Origin: Lama guanicoe
Lineage: Eukaryota
Assembly: GCA_013239625.1 (NCBI GenBank)
Contig: MU053561.1
Coordinates: forward strand, 2,806,283-2,870,282
Reading direction: 5' to 3'
DNA: 64,000 bases
Shown here in pieces: positions 38,115 to 49,575 of the stretch. Positions within the stretch are counted from its first letter, which is position 1; every line of letters begins with the position of its first letter. The notes beneath the pieces are model-generated. The model was not told the origin of the DNA and did no database searches. It saw only the letters and a program-made list of their open reading frames with translations. Both the position numbers and the translations under genes were made by a program.

Positions 38115-38710
38115 TGTGGTGGGAGTATCACCCCAAAAGGTAAAGACCCCAGTTCTTGTCATACCCAAAAGATAAATGTACAGTCAGGAGACAGTGCATT
38201 AGGTAGCAAAAGATTTTAAAAGATTTATTTAAAAAAAGGAAAAGTACACCCCAAGAACAGGAGGCGGGCCGGTCCATGGGAGGAAAAGCGGCCGTTTCTG
38301 TTTCCCCATTTTCTCTTATACCCTCGCTTAGAGGTGGTCTCTTGATTGATTGATGGCTCTTGGCCCTGGAATGCTTAGTCATGTTTGGCCCCTTTGCGGC
38401 TGTCCTTACCCATGGTGCACACAGAAAAACCCATGGGGCTGAGGGGAGCCTAAACTATAATACAATGAGGGGAGCCTAAATTATAATACAGTGTTAACTA
38501 TAATACAATGAGCAGTGGTTCACGTCCGGTTAAGTCTTTTCTGCTACCGCGCAGTTGTGGCTGTCGGGTTCTAACTGGTTTCTTGCTGGCACTCGTTTAG
38601 AAAAAGTAAAGTCCCTTTATGCTGGAGGTGGACGTGATGGCATTTTCTGGACCATCCTCCCTCTCCTCCACCTACCTGCCCAGTGCCCCTACTTATCTCA
38701 CTACCTAACA
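38115..38710 (-). mobile_element. Probable ERV solo LTR (family uncertain)
   Basis: Minus strand starts TGTTAGGTAG and ends in CA; AATAAA at ~38224-38229 on minus; internal tandem GGGGAGCCTAAA(C/T)TATAATACA. Confidence 0.6.
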
Positions 38711-39408
38711 GAAGCTTCTATTAGAAACAAAGAGAAGGGAGAAGAGAACCAGATGATATCACAGTTTTTACCCCCCAGCTCAGCTGGCCTAGACCAAGTC
38801 TCCAACAACATTTTCACTGGCGCAAACACATCTTTGGCCTTTCATTACAGCAACAAGTGGCATTGGCCATGAAGAGAGGTGTGTTAGTGCTAGAGCAATG
38901 GTTTTCAAAGCTTAAAACACAGTCCCCTTTATTTATCACAAAGGAAGCAGCACGCAGAACCCCAACATGTAGAACAGACAGGAGCAGAGCTGCTGCGGTG
39001 CAAGCTTTCCTTGTGTCTCCCTCCCCAGGATCCCTGGTTTCCTCGGGACTCCATGACTTAACTGTAACAGCAGACGTGGGTTACGTTCTCTGTGATTTCC
39101 TTTGAAATGCCTCAGCGTCGACAATGTGATTTGCAGTGTGTGTGATTTAGATGTAACCTGTACCCAAGGATCGCTCTAACTGGGAATGCACATGCAGGGG
39201 TGCCACACACCAGAGGCAAGAACGCTGAGGTCTTGAGCCATCAGCACCTCCAGCAGTCATCAGAAGCCAGCTGATGAGCATAATGGATAATAGAGATGCT
39301 TTTTGTTGGTAACACAAGTGATGGTCAAGAGAAGAGAATTAGATCAAATATTAAAGAGAGGCTCCCCTCTCACACGGTAAGAACAGGATACAAGAATCTA
39401 GCAAGTGA

Positions 39409-39556
39409 GGGGAGGGTATAGCTCAGTGGTAGAGCGCATGCTTAGCATGCACAAGGTCCTGGGTTCAATCCCTAGTACTTCCAGTAAAAAATAAATAAAC
39501 AAATAAACTAATTACCTCTTCCTGCCTTCGAACAGTTAATCATTACATTAAAAAAG
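39409..39556 (+). mobile_element. Vic-1-like SINE
   Basis: GGGGAGGGTATAGCTCAGTGGTAGAGCGCATGCTTAGCATGCACAAGGTCCTGGGTTCAATCCC plus tail. Confidence 0.9.
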
Positions 39557-40052
39557 GGGTGGGGTGGGGTCCAGTAAGTGCTTACTTTTCACCCGGGCTT
39601 GCTTCCCGGACAACCCTGGGTGACGATGCTGATTCAGAGGATTCCTACTTGCCTGACTCTAACTAGTTGGTTAGCAGAAGTCAGCCTGTGGAATATTGTT
39701 GTTTGTTTCACATAAGTTTTCCATGAAACTAAAGGACTGTCAGAGCACCTAAAAGGACTCAGAGCTGGGTCTTCATTGAGATTACAGGATGTATTTTGTG
39801 ATGGTTCCTCTGCTACTTGATAACACATGTGTGTAATATGAAGCAGAATTTAACCTGACCCTGTCTTAGGTGTAATCTAGTAGCAAGATTATGAAGGGGA
39901 AAGAGCAAACACCTCCATCTACCTAAGGTTAGAGCCAACTTTCGTGAGGCCCGAGACTTAGACATTTTGTGGGTCTTCTTTGAGAAAAAGCATTAAAAAT
40001 TACAAACACAAAATTAGGTACAAAAGTAAATGTTTATACAGAATGAGAAAAG

Positions 40053-40155
40053 GTCGGGGTGGGTGGGTGGATAAAGCTCAGTGGTAGAGTGTGTGCTCAA
40101 CATGCATGAAGTCCTGGGTTCAATACCCAGTACATCCAAAAGAAAAAAAAAAAAA
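40053..40155 (+). mobile_element. Vic-1-like SINE (short form) with target-site duplication
   Basis: A/B boxes and poly-A; flanking direct repeat AGAATG(A/G)GAAAAG at 40040-40052 and 40155-40167. Confidence 0.85.
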
Positions 40156-40424
40156 GAATGGGAAAAGAAATTATAACACATTTTGAATTTTTAAAAGTTA
40201 ACAAATGTTACAAAGATCCAAAAAACAACATGATATGTTTATTAATTCATGGCTGATACAAGTCTACCATATATATTCCTACATTTTGGAGCTGTTTATT
40301 CTTGGATGGTCTCTTTATGTTACAACTATTCTGTAATATTTTCTGTAGAGAGAATAAAATAATTCAGTCCTTCCTCTAACTTGGTTGATCAAAAAATTTT
40401 ATGTTCTTTTTATTCTATCTATTT

Positions 40425-41535
40425 TTTTTATTGAACTATAGTTGACATAGAATATTGTATTAATTTCTGGTGTACAGCATAGTGAATCAGTCACAATATA
40501 CATATATATATTCTTTAAAAATTTTTTCCATCTATTTTTTTAATTGCAGTATAGTCAATTTACAATGTTGTATTAATTTCTGGTGTACAGCATAGTGATT
40601 CAGTTAAACAAATTATATATTCCTTTTCATATTCTTTTTCATTACAAGTTTTGAGTTCCCTGTGCTATACAGTAGGACCTTGCTGTTTATCTGTTTTAAA
40701 TATAGCAGTTAGTATCTGCAAATCCTGAACTCCCAGTTTATCCCTCCTCATCCCCTTTCTTCACTGGCAACCATGTTTGTTTTCTATGTCTTTGAATCTG
40801 TTTCCGTTTTGTAAATAAGTTTATTTGTGTCCTTTTATAAGATTCCATATGTAAGTGATATCATATGGTATTTTTCTTTCTCTTTCTGGCTTATTTCACT
40901 TAGTGTGATGATCTCCAGGTCCATCCATGTGCTTCAGATGACATTATTTCATTCTTTTTTATGGCTGAGTAGTATTCAATTGTATGTATAAATATACCAC
41001 AACTCTTTATCTACTCATTTGTCAATGGACATTTAGTTTGCTTCCATATCTTGGCTATTGTAAATAGTGCTATTATGAACATTGTGGTGCATGTGTCTTT
41101 TCAAATTAGAATTTCCTCTGGATATATGCCCAGGAGTGGGACTGCTGGATCATAGGTAACTCTATTTTTAGTTTTTGGAGGAATCTCCATACCAGTTTCC
41201 ATAATAGTTTCACCAAACGACATACCCACCAGCAGTGTAGGAGGGTTCCCTTTTCTCCACAGCCTCTCCAGAATTTGTCATTTGTGGGTTTTGAATGATG
41301 GCCATTCTGGCTGGTGTGAGGTGATACCTCATTGTAGTTTTGATTTGCATTTCTCTGATAATTCGTGATATTGAGCATCTTTTCACATACTTTTGGTCAT
41401 CTGGATGTCTTCTTTGGAGAAATGTTTATTTAGGTCTTCTGCTCTGGTTTTAATTGTTTTTTTGTTATTGAGTTGTACTAACGGTTTGTATAATCTGGAT
41501 TTAAGGCCTTGTCAGCCACATCATTTGCAAATAAA
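40425..41535 (-). mobile_element. Two tandem L1 3' ends (~0.1 kb and ~1 kb)
   Basis: Two copies of the L1 3' terminus (~40425-40520 and from ~40535), the second extending into ORF2 C-terminal sequence. Confidence 0.85.
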
Positions 41536-42119
41536 ATACTGTGTTCTTAATTTTTAAAATTCATCCAATAAGTAACTTCAATGGGTATTTACTATAGTTC
41601 TTCCACAGGACTTGTGCCCTATAAATAAGGAATTCTAGTCAATTTGATTTTGCATAATCTCTTCAAAAAAGAAAAAAAGTATGGAATGTGTATAATTATA
41701 TAGATTGTATATAGAGAGTATTTCTGACAGAATTTCCTTTACTAAAAATTGATGAGAACTGGATCCTCCAATTGCAACTTTCTATGTCTTGATTGGAAGA
41801 ATTTTTTTTGTGGATTAGCTCTTGGCTTTACACTATTAACATCTTGTTTCTCTTCCTCTCTATCCTCTCCCACACCCTGTGCTGGGTGCCATAGAACATG
41901 TTCCATCTCAGTAGCCTCTCTGGTCCTCCGTATCTCTATCACATCAATGTATAAATTTGCCCAATAAGTGGTAAGACTGTCCTGCACAGGACAGATAGGA
42001 ATAAGTATACATGGAAATGTCTACAAACCACATAAATACATACCACCAAACCCAAACTAAATGTATCACCAATTCAAATTTCCTTAGCTAGATCCCCCAA
42101 ATGCCACTCAATGCCACCT

Positions 42120-44210
42120 GGTAAAATACCTAGGAATAAACCTACCTAAGGAGACAAAGAAACTGTACTCCAAAGAGTGTAAGACACTGATGAAAGAAAT
42201 CGAAGACAACACAACAGATGGCAAGATATACCATGTTCTTGGATTGGAAGAATCAATATTGTCAAAACGGCCATACTACCCAAGGCAATATACAGATTCA
42301 ATGCAATCCCTATAAAATTACTAATGATACTTTTCACAGAACTGGAACAAAAAATTTTAAAATTTGTATGGAAATACAAAAGAGCCTGAATCTGAATAGC
42401 CAAAATAACCTTAGAAAGAATGGAGCTGGAGGAATCTGGCTCCCTGTCTTCAAACTATACTATAAAGCTACAGTAATCAAAACAGTGTGGTACTGGCACA
42501 AAAACAGACACATAAATCAATGGAACAGGGTAGAAAGTCTGGAAATAAACCCATGCACTTATGGCCAATTAATCTATGACAAAGAAGGCAAGACTATACA
42601 ATGGAGAAAAAGTCTCTTCAATAAGTTGTGCTGGGAAAACTTGGCAGCTACTTGTAAAAGAATGAAATTAGAATATTCTCTAACACTATACATAAAAATA
42701 AACTCAAAATGAACAAGTTTATACTGTATAACACAGGGAACTATATTCAATATCTTGTAGTAACTTACAGTGAAAAAGAATATGAAAACAAATATATGTA
42801 TGTTCATATATGACTGAAACATTATGCTGTACACCAGAAATTGACACAACATTGTAAACTGACTATACTTCAGTAAATGTATATATATAAATATATATAC
42901 AAAAAAAAAAAAAACCTCAAGATGGATTAAAGACCTAAATGTAAGACCAGATACTATAAAACTCCTAGAGGAAAACAGGCAGAACACTCTTTGACATAAA
43001 TTGCTGCAATATTTTTTTTCCGAATCAGCTCCTAGAGTAATGGAAATAAAAGCAAAAATAAACAAGTGGGACCTAATTAAACTTAAAAGCTTTTGCACAG
43101 CAAAGGAAGCCATAAACAAAATGAAAAGACAACCTATGGAATGGGAGAAAAATATTTGCAAATGACATGACAAACAAGGGACTGATTTCCAAAATATACA
43201 GTTCACAGAGCTTAATATCAAAAAAACAAACAACCCAATCAAAACCTGCGCAAAAGACATAAACAGACATTTCTCCAGACAAGACACCCAGATGGCCAAC
43301 AGGCACATGAAAAGACGCTCAATATGGCTAACTATTAGAGAAATGCACGTCAAAACTACAATGAGGTATCACTTCACACCAGTCAGGATGGCCATCGTTA
43401 AAAAGTCTACTAATAATAAATGCTGCAGAGGGTGTGGAGAAGAAGGAACAGTTTTATACCGTTGATGGGAATGCAAATTGGTGCAGCCACTATGGAAAAC
43501 AGTATGGAAATTCCTTAAAAAACTAAAAACAGACTTACCATATGATTCAGCAATTCCACTCCTGGGTATATATCTGAAGAAAACTATAATTCAAAAAGAT
43601 ACATGCACCCCAATGTTCATAGCAGCACTATTTACAATAGCCGAGACATGGAAACAACCTAAAGAACCATCAATAGAAGACTGGATAAAGAAGATATGGT
43701 GTGTATGTATATATATATATATATATATACACAATGGGATAACCCTCAGCCATAAAAAAGAAAGAAATGATGCCATTTGTAGCAACATGGATAGACCTAG
43801 AGATTATCATATTAAATGAAGTAAGTCAGACAGAGAAAGGCAAATATCATGATATCACTTATCTGTGGAATCTAGGAGAAAAAATACAAATTCTATTTAC
43901 AAACCAAAAACAGACTCATGGACATAGGAGACAAACTATGGTTACCAAAGGAGAAAGGGAAGGGGAGGAGTAAAGTAGGAGTTTAGGATTAACAGACACA
44001 CATTACTATATATAAAATAGATAAACAACGAGGACTTACTGAGTAACACAAGGAACTATATTCGATTTCTTGTAATAACATATAATGGAAAATAATCTGA
44101 AGAGAAAAAATATATATGTATGTATATGTACCATTAAATCGCTTTGCTGTACACCTGAAGCTAACGTAAATCAACTACACTTCAATAAAAAATAAAATTA
44201 AAAAAAAGTT
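42120..44210 (+). mobile_element. 5'-truncated L1 (ORF2 C-terminal part and 3'UTR) carrying a nested L1 3' fragment at ~42711-42914
   Basis: ORF2 motifs [26 protein letters not shown] and CTPMFIAALFTIA; A-rich tail at ~44185-44208; nested piece flanked by AAACTCAAAATG / AACCTCAAGATG. Confidence 0.92.
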
Positions 44211-44224
44211 ACTAGACGTGCCCC

Positions 44225-47115
44225 AAACAAGAACACAATGCATAATGAAGAGAAAAGTCAGTCAACAGAAGTGGATCTAGAAATAACAAAGATGGAATTA
44301 GCAAACAAGGACCTTAAAACAACCAGTATAACTACGTTTAAGGAATTAACGGAAAACATGAACACAATGAAGAGGTAACTGGAAATTATAAAATAAAAAT
44401 AAATAAATCTTCTAGAGCTTAAAAAAACAAAAACCCAATATCTGAAATTAAAAAAACCCATTATACAGGCTTAACATGAGATTGCATATTACAGAAGAAA
44501 AGATCAGCGATCTTGAAGAAAGAAACAGAAAATATCCAAATTAAAGCACATAGGGAGAAAAAAACTGAAAAAAACAAATCAACAGAAAAACACAAAAACA
44601 AATATCAGTAATGAAAGAACATCATTACAAATCTTCCAGACATTTACAAAACAACAATAGAATATTATGAACCACTTTATGCCAATAAATGCAATAATCT
44701 AGTTAAAATGGACAATTTCTTCAAAAACTCAAATAACTAAAACAGACACAAGAAAAAACAGGAAAGCCAAATGGACTTATATATATTTTAAAAGTGGATT
44801 CAAAATTTAAAATCTTTTGACAAAGCCAACTTCAGGCCTAGGTGGATTAAATAGTGATTTCTATCAAAACCCAAAGGAAGAAAAAGTGCAAGTCTTAAAC
44901 AAAATCTATCAGAAAATAAAGAAAGAAACACTTCCCAACTCATTTTATGAGGTCACCATTACTCTGATATCAAAACCAGACAAAGACTTCAAAACAAAAT
45001 TACAGACCAACATCCCTCATGAACATAGACTTAATCCTTAAAATAGTAGCAAATAAAATCCAGGAATATAAATTAAATAATAATACATTATGACTGAATG
45101 GGTTAATTAACCTTTGAAAATCAATCAATATAATTTACCACATTAACAGAATAAAGGTGAAAAATCATGTAATCATTCAAATCAATGTAGAAAAATCATG
45201 TGATGAAATTCAATGCCCAGTTGCAATTAAAAAAAAAAACCCTCAGCAAACTAGGAATTAAAGAACTACCCCAACCTAATAAAGGAATCTACCACAAACC
45301 TGAGCAAACACTACAATTTAATACTGAAAGACATTACTTTCCCAGTAATAATGAGATCAGGGCAGAATGTTTACCCTCTTCTACTCATCCGTGTGTAGGA
45401 GTCCCAGCCGGTGAAGGAGCACATGGAAAAATAAACAAGTAAGACATGGAACAAGAAACAAAGACCTACAGACTGAGAAAAACAAAAGTTAAACTTTTTT
45501 ATTCACAGAGGACATAATTGTGTACCTGAAAAAAATGCCAACAGATCTGCAAAAAATCTCCCACACAAATAAATGAGTTTGTGTGGTTGTAGAATACAAT
45601 ATCAGTATACGAGATAAATTGAACATATTTCTGTATGCTAGCAACAAACGTGGAAAATAAAATTTTATATAGAATTTTCAATAGCACCAAAAATATAAAA
45701 TACTTAAGAATGAATTTAATCAAGCATGTGTAGGACCTGCTCACTAAAAACTACCAAAAACTGCTCTCAGCAGCACCAGGGGCAGCAAAAACACCAGCTC
45801 TGAGTCCCCCATCTGGCTCCCACAACCTACCTCCCAGCTCCTCAGAGGAACCCAGGGCTGCTGACCTCAGGCTCTGGGAACAACTCCTGGCGTCACTACC
45901 TGTAAATCCCCCCAGCTCCCCCACGCCCAACTTCAGAGAGGCCAAGGCAGCTGGCGCCCTGCTCAACGGACCAGCATCCAGCACCGCCCTGGGGATCAAG
46001 GCCCAAGTCTCTGAGCTCTTTGAAGTCCATGGAAGAGCCAGCAGCCTTCAGCACTGAGGACCCTGTGCCAGGGCTGCACCTGACTGAGCAGCACCGTGGC
46101 CGTTACATCAACCCCTCGGCCCCACATCCCCTGCAGCTGTCAGAGCTGAACACGCTGCTGTCGCTGGGTGTGTGGGTGTGTGTTCTCTGGGGTCTGTGGC
46201 CCTCACCAAGGAGAGCTCTACCAGCAGGCCATGGAAGGCACCTCCTGGCGTCACCTGCCCCATCCCTCAGACTCCACGCATATGCAGCAGTACCTCCCCA
46301 GGAGCCCCCATCTGAATCCCCTGTCACCAGCACACGCTGCCTTGGCACCCGGACAACAGAGTTCTACCAGCGCCTGTGGTTGGAGACGCTCTGCTTCCTC
46401 CTCTTCTATATAGAGGGCACTAAGGCACAGTAACTGGCAGCCAAAGCCCTTAAGAAGTGGTGGCAATTCCACACTAAATACATGCTGTGGTTCCAGGGGC
46501 ACGAGGAGCCCGAGACCATCACAGAGGAGTTCGGGTAGCACACCTGCGTCTATTTTGACAAGAAGTGGGGACTGAAAAATAAGGAAGGCTTCACCTCTGA
46601 GTACCCAGGCCCCGCCCTGCCACGCCCATCCTTCTGCCCAGGTCGGGTCCCTGTCCTGGAAGACTGAGGGGCGGCCCCAGGCCATGGGACATCCCCCTCC
46701 CTTGGAAAGCAGGGAGGGCCCTGAAGTTTTCCCATCCTGATGGCCCAGGGCCCAGGGCCCAGGGCTGCCCCGCGCCCCCTCCCCAGTGAGAGCCTTTTTT
46801 TTGTAAACCTATTTTCATTGTGGAAAATATTTATGAATAAAAACATTTATATTAAAAAACAGGAAAGATATACCATGATTGTGAATTGGAAGACTTAGTA
46901 TTGTTAAGTTGTCAGTGCTCCACAAATTGATTCAATACGATCCTCATCAAAATCTGAGCAGATTTTTTAGCAATTGTCATTCTAAACCTAAAATTTATAT
47001 GGAAATGCAAAGAACCTGTATTAGCCAAGACAACTTTGAAGAAGAAATTCAAAATTGGAAGACTTAAACTACCTGATTCCAAGACTTGTTTTAAAGCTGT
47101 AGTAATCAAGATGTA
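44225..47115 (+). mobile_element. Older degraded L1 (ORF1 and ORF2 remnants) interrupted by the CNOT3 retrocopy
   Basis: ORF2 remnant TLPNSFYEVTITLISKPDKD; ORF2 sequence is colinear on either side of 45763-46860. Confidence 0.8.
45763..46860 (+). pseudogene. CNOT3: CNOT3 processed pseudogene (5'-truncated retrocopy with NOT-box region and 3'UTR)
   Basis: Across shifting frames: [60 protein letters not shown]...WRHLPHPSDS...[73 protein letters not shown], matching the CNOT3 C-terminus. No introns, frameshifts and stops (TAA 46431-46433), AATAAA at 46836-46841 and a short A run. Confidence 0.92.
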
Positions 47116-47230
47116 TTCTGTGGCTGCTTTCTCACTATAATGACAAAGTTGAGTAGTTGCGACAGGGATCAAGTGGCCCACAAAGCCTACAAGTTTACCA
47201 TCTGGCCTTTGCAGAGTTTTCTGACCCCTG
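47116..47230. mobile_element. MER58-like fragment
   Basis: TGGCTGCTTT...AGTTGAGTAGTTGCGACAG...TGGCCCACAAAGCCTA...TCTGGCCTTT...GACCCCTG. Confidence 0.65.
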
Positions 47231-49493
47231 TGATAAACGATGCTTATGTATGAGACATACTCTTATGTACAATTTCTGGCCCAATGTGTATTATTCCACC
47301 ACTTTCTCTGCTACTCACTATAGCATATTAGAATGCAAGTTAGTGAACATAATTTTAGAAATAATATTTAATCCCATCTAATATGTTTAAAAATATAAAT
47401 TATTCATAAATTAAGACGTATAATTAATAGTAGATTGTTTGCAATATCCCTTACAACAGCTCACAAAGTCATGGATAAAAACTGCCCCTACCAGGCTGAA
47501 AATAATTGCACGTTAGATTTGTATTGTGTGTAAATATGCTAATTAGGCATAGTACTATTAGGCACATTATAAAATTTATAAATGAAGAGGCCGACTGGCA
47601 AATGCATCTGTTAGAGCCTGCTATAGGTGTTTAGGAAAAGCAGACCAATGAGACAGCGGGATGAATAGGTACAAACTGGCGATGGATTGGGTGTAGGTAG
47701 TGAAGACAAGTATTGAAAAAAGTAATTCCGAGGGTTCTTGTGAGTCTGGGTTTTTAGACATAGTTGCTTTTGACCTCGTGGGAAAATTGTGAAGAGATAT
47801 TTATTTAGATGTCAAGAGCAGAAAGACTATGAATTCAATTTGCAACTGCTTAAAGCAATGCATTTCAGATTATTGAATTCACCAGGTCATCTTACTGGAA
47901 TGTAGCTTGATTCAGTAGTGTTGGGACAAGTCCCAAGTTCCTGCAGTTCCTAGGAGTTTTCAGGTGACTCAGACATGGCTGATTCAGGGACCCCGCTTCG
48001 AACTAATAGAGATTTAAATGTCGATTTCTTCTGGAAGATCAGGGGAAGCTTGTGACAGGGCGTGGTTTTTATGCAAGAAAGGAAGGTGTCTTTTGGTCTC
48101 CTCTAGAAGCAAGCTTGCAAAGGGCCTGCAATCTTGAGGGGATCTTTAATGTAGAGAAGAGGAGGATCCAGGGAAATCAATGAGAAAAAAAAAAAAAGAG
48201 CTGTCAGGAAAAAAAAAAAAAAGGAGAAACAGGAGAATTTACAGTCATTAAGGAATCCTGTGGAATACTGAGTTTCAAGGAGGTCAGTGGAATTCCAATA
48301 CGTAATTCATTCACCACAGTATCTTCCCTGTCCCTTTTCCAGTTGCCTCTTGGCTGTAGTAGATGGTTATTAGATTGTCTGCCCAAAGCCTACCCATTCC
48401 TTTTGCTGGAAAGGCCTCTCCTTATCAACACGAGGCCCACGAGAACTGCCATGTTTTTATCTTATATAGCCCCATGCCCCCTCCCATAGTGGGTTAGTCC
48501 AGGTGTGAACACCTGATCCCAGGCGGGCCAATCATAGTTCTTCCCTGAAATAACTTGAAATAAGATTTGATCGTGGCAAAATTGTTGGGCACAGAATAGT
48601 TTCTACAGCGGTCAGAGGTGTTAGGTACAGAATCTGGTAGTTGTCGCAGCCGTGTTAGACACAGCGCAGAGAAACATCACAGACAGGTGAAGGAGGAGAG
48701 CCCTGGCAGTGTGCCAGCTGTTCCAGCAGTTCCCAGGCCCAGCTCCAGCCCTCCTTTCCCATAATTTGGCTCTTCACACTCCCTTCTGTAACCCAGAAAA
48801 TTCCCCTATTGCCTCAGATAGTTTGAGTCAGTTGCAGCAGAATTCTGACTAAGGCCCAGCCAACCTTTCCCCAGCACATTTCCTCATGTTCCTCCTCCCT
48901 GGGGCCTCTGCACCCTATTGACCGTCACTTTCCCCAGGTGCTTCCCCAGGATGACACCAGGCCAGAAGCAGCTGCTGGACAAGGACCATAAACCCCAGCG
49001 CTGGGCTCGGTGGATGTTACTGTGTCACTGAGCACCAGTGTACCGAATCCACGTGTTCATGGCAACAGCCAGAAGAGCCCACAAAAGGCTCGTCTTCAAC
49101 ACACTGGAGCCTCTCCTGGCAGATTGCTAAGGCCCTGGGGCAGAGCTTAATGTGCATGACTATTTGCGATGCGCAATTTCCTTTTCACCTCATTTCGACT
49201 AAATTAAATTCATTTTGGAATTCTCAAAGCTATTGCCTGTTGACTTCTACCCACCCTCTCCTTATTTCACTTTCTAGGTACACTTTCCCCCAAACTGAAA
49301 GCCACTCCCATCTCTAGTTTCCTGGGTGCCTTAGATCCCTGGGGAGATTCTATCCCTCCACAGTTTGTTAGGGTTCATGGAGTAAGTTAACTCCTCACTG
49401 CTGGGAAAATAAAATAAATAAAATAAAACCAAACCTGCTGTTCTGCAAAAAGGCAAATATCGTTAGTACTTCCCACTCCCTCTCCCACCTCCA

Positions 49494-49575
49494 GCACACA
49501 CACAAACACACACACACACAGACACACACACACAAACACACACCCACAGACACACACACACAGACACACACACAC
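49494..49575. repeat. Imperfect (CA)n microsatellite
   Basis: About 80 nt of interrupted CA repeats. Confidence 0.9.

Larger units (their letters stand above)
39935..42115. mobile_element. Degraded hAT-like DNA transposon (possibly Tip100/Zaphod group), split by SINE and L1 insertions
   Basis: AT-rich text around the inserts (TTACAAACACAAAATTAGG; CCCAAACTAAATGTATC...CCTTAGCTAGATCCCC) resembles hAT relics; family recalled, not searched. Confidence 0.4.

Noticed and set aside
39409..39485. tRNA-Ala-like sequences (also near 2.3, 16.6, 18.7, 28.3 and 40.1 kb)
   Set aside because: They carry SINE tails and TSDs and have diverged stems, so they are SINE heads, not tRNA genes.
42574..43353. 259-aa hydrophobic minus-strand ORF
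   Set aside because: Antisense of A-rich L1 sequence, a common artefact.
46020..46433. 137-aa ORF as a functional CNOT3 retrogene
   Set aside because: It drifts out of the CNOT3 frame in the middle and stops early in the NOT-box; multiple disablements indicate a pseudogene.
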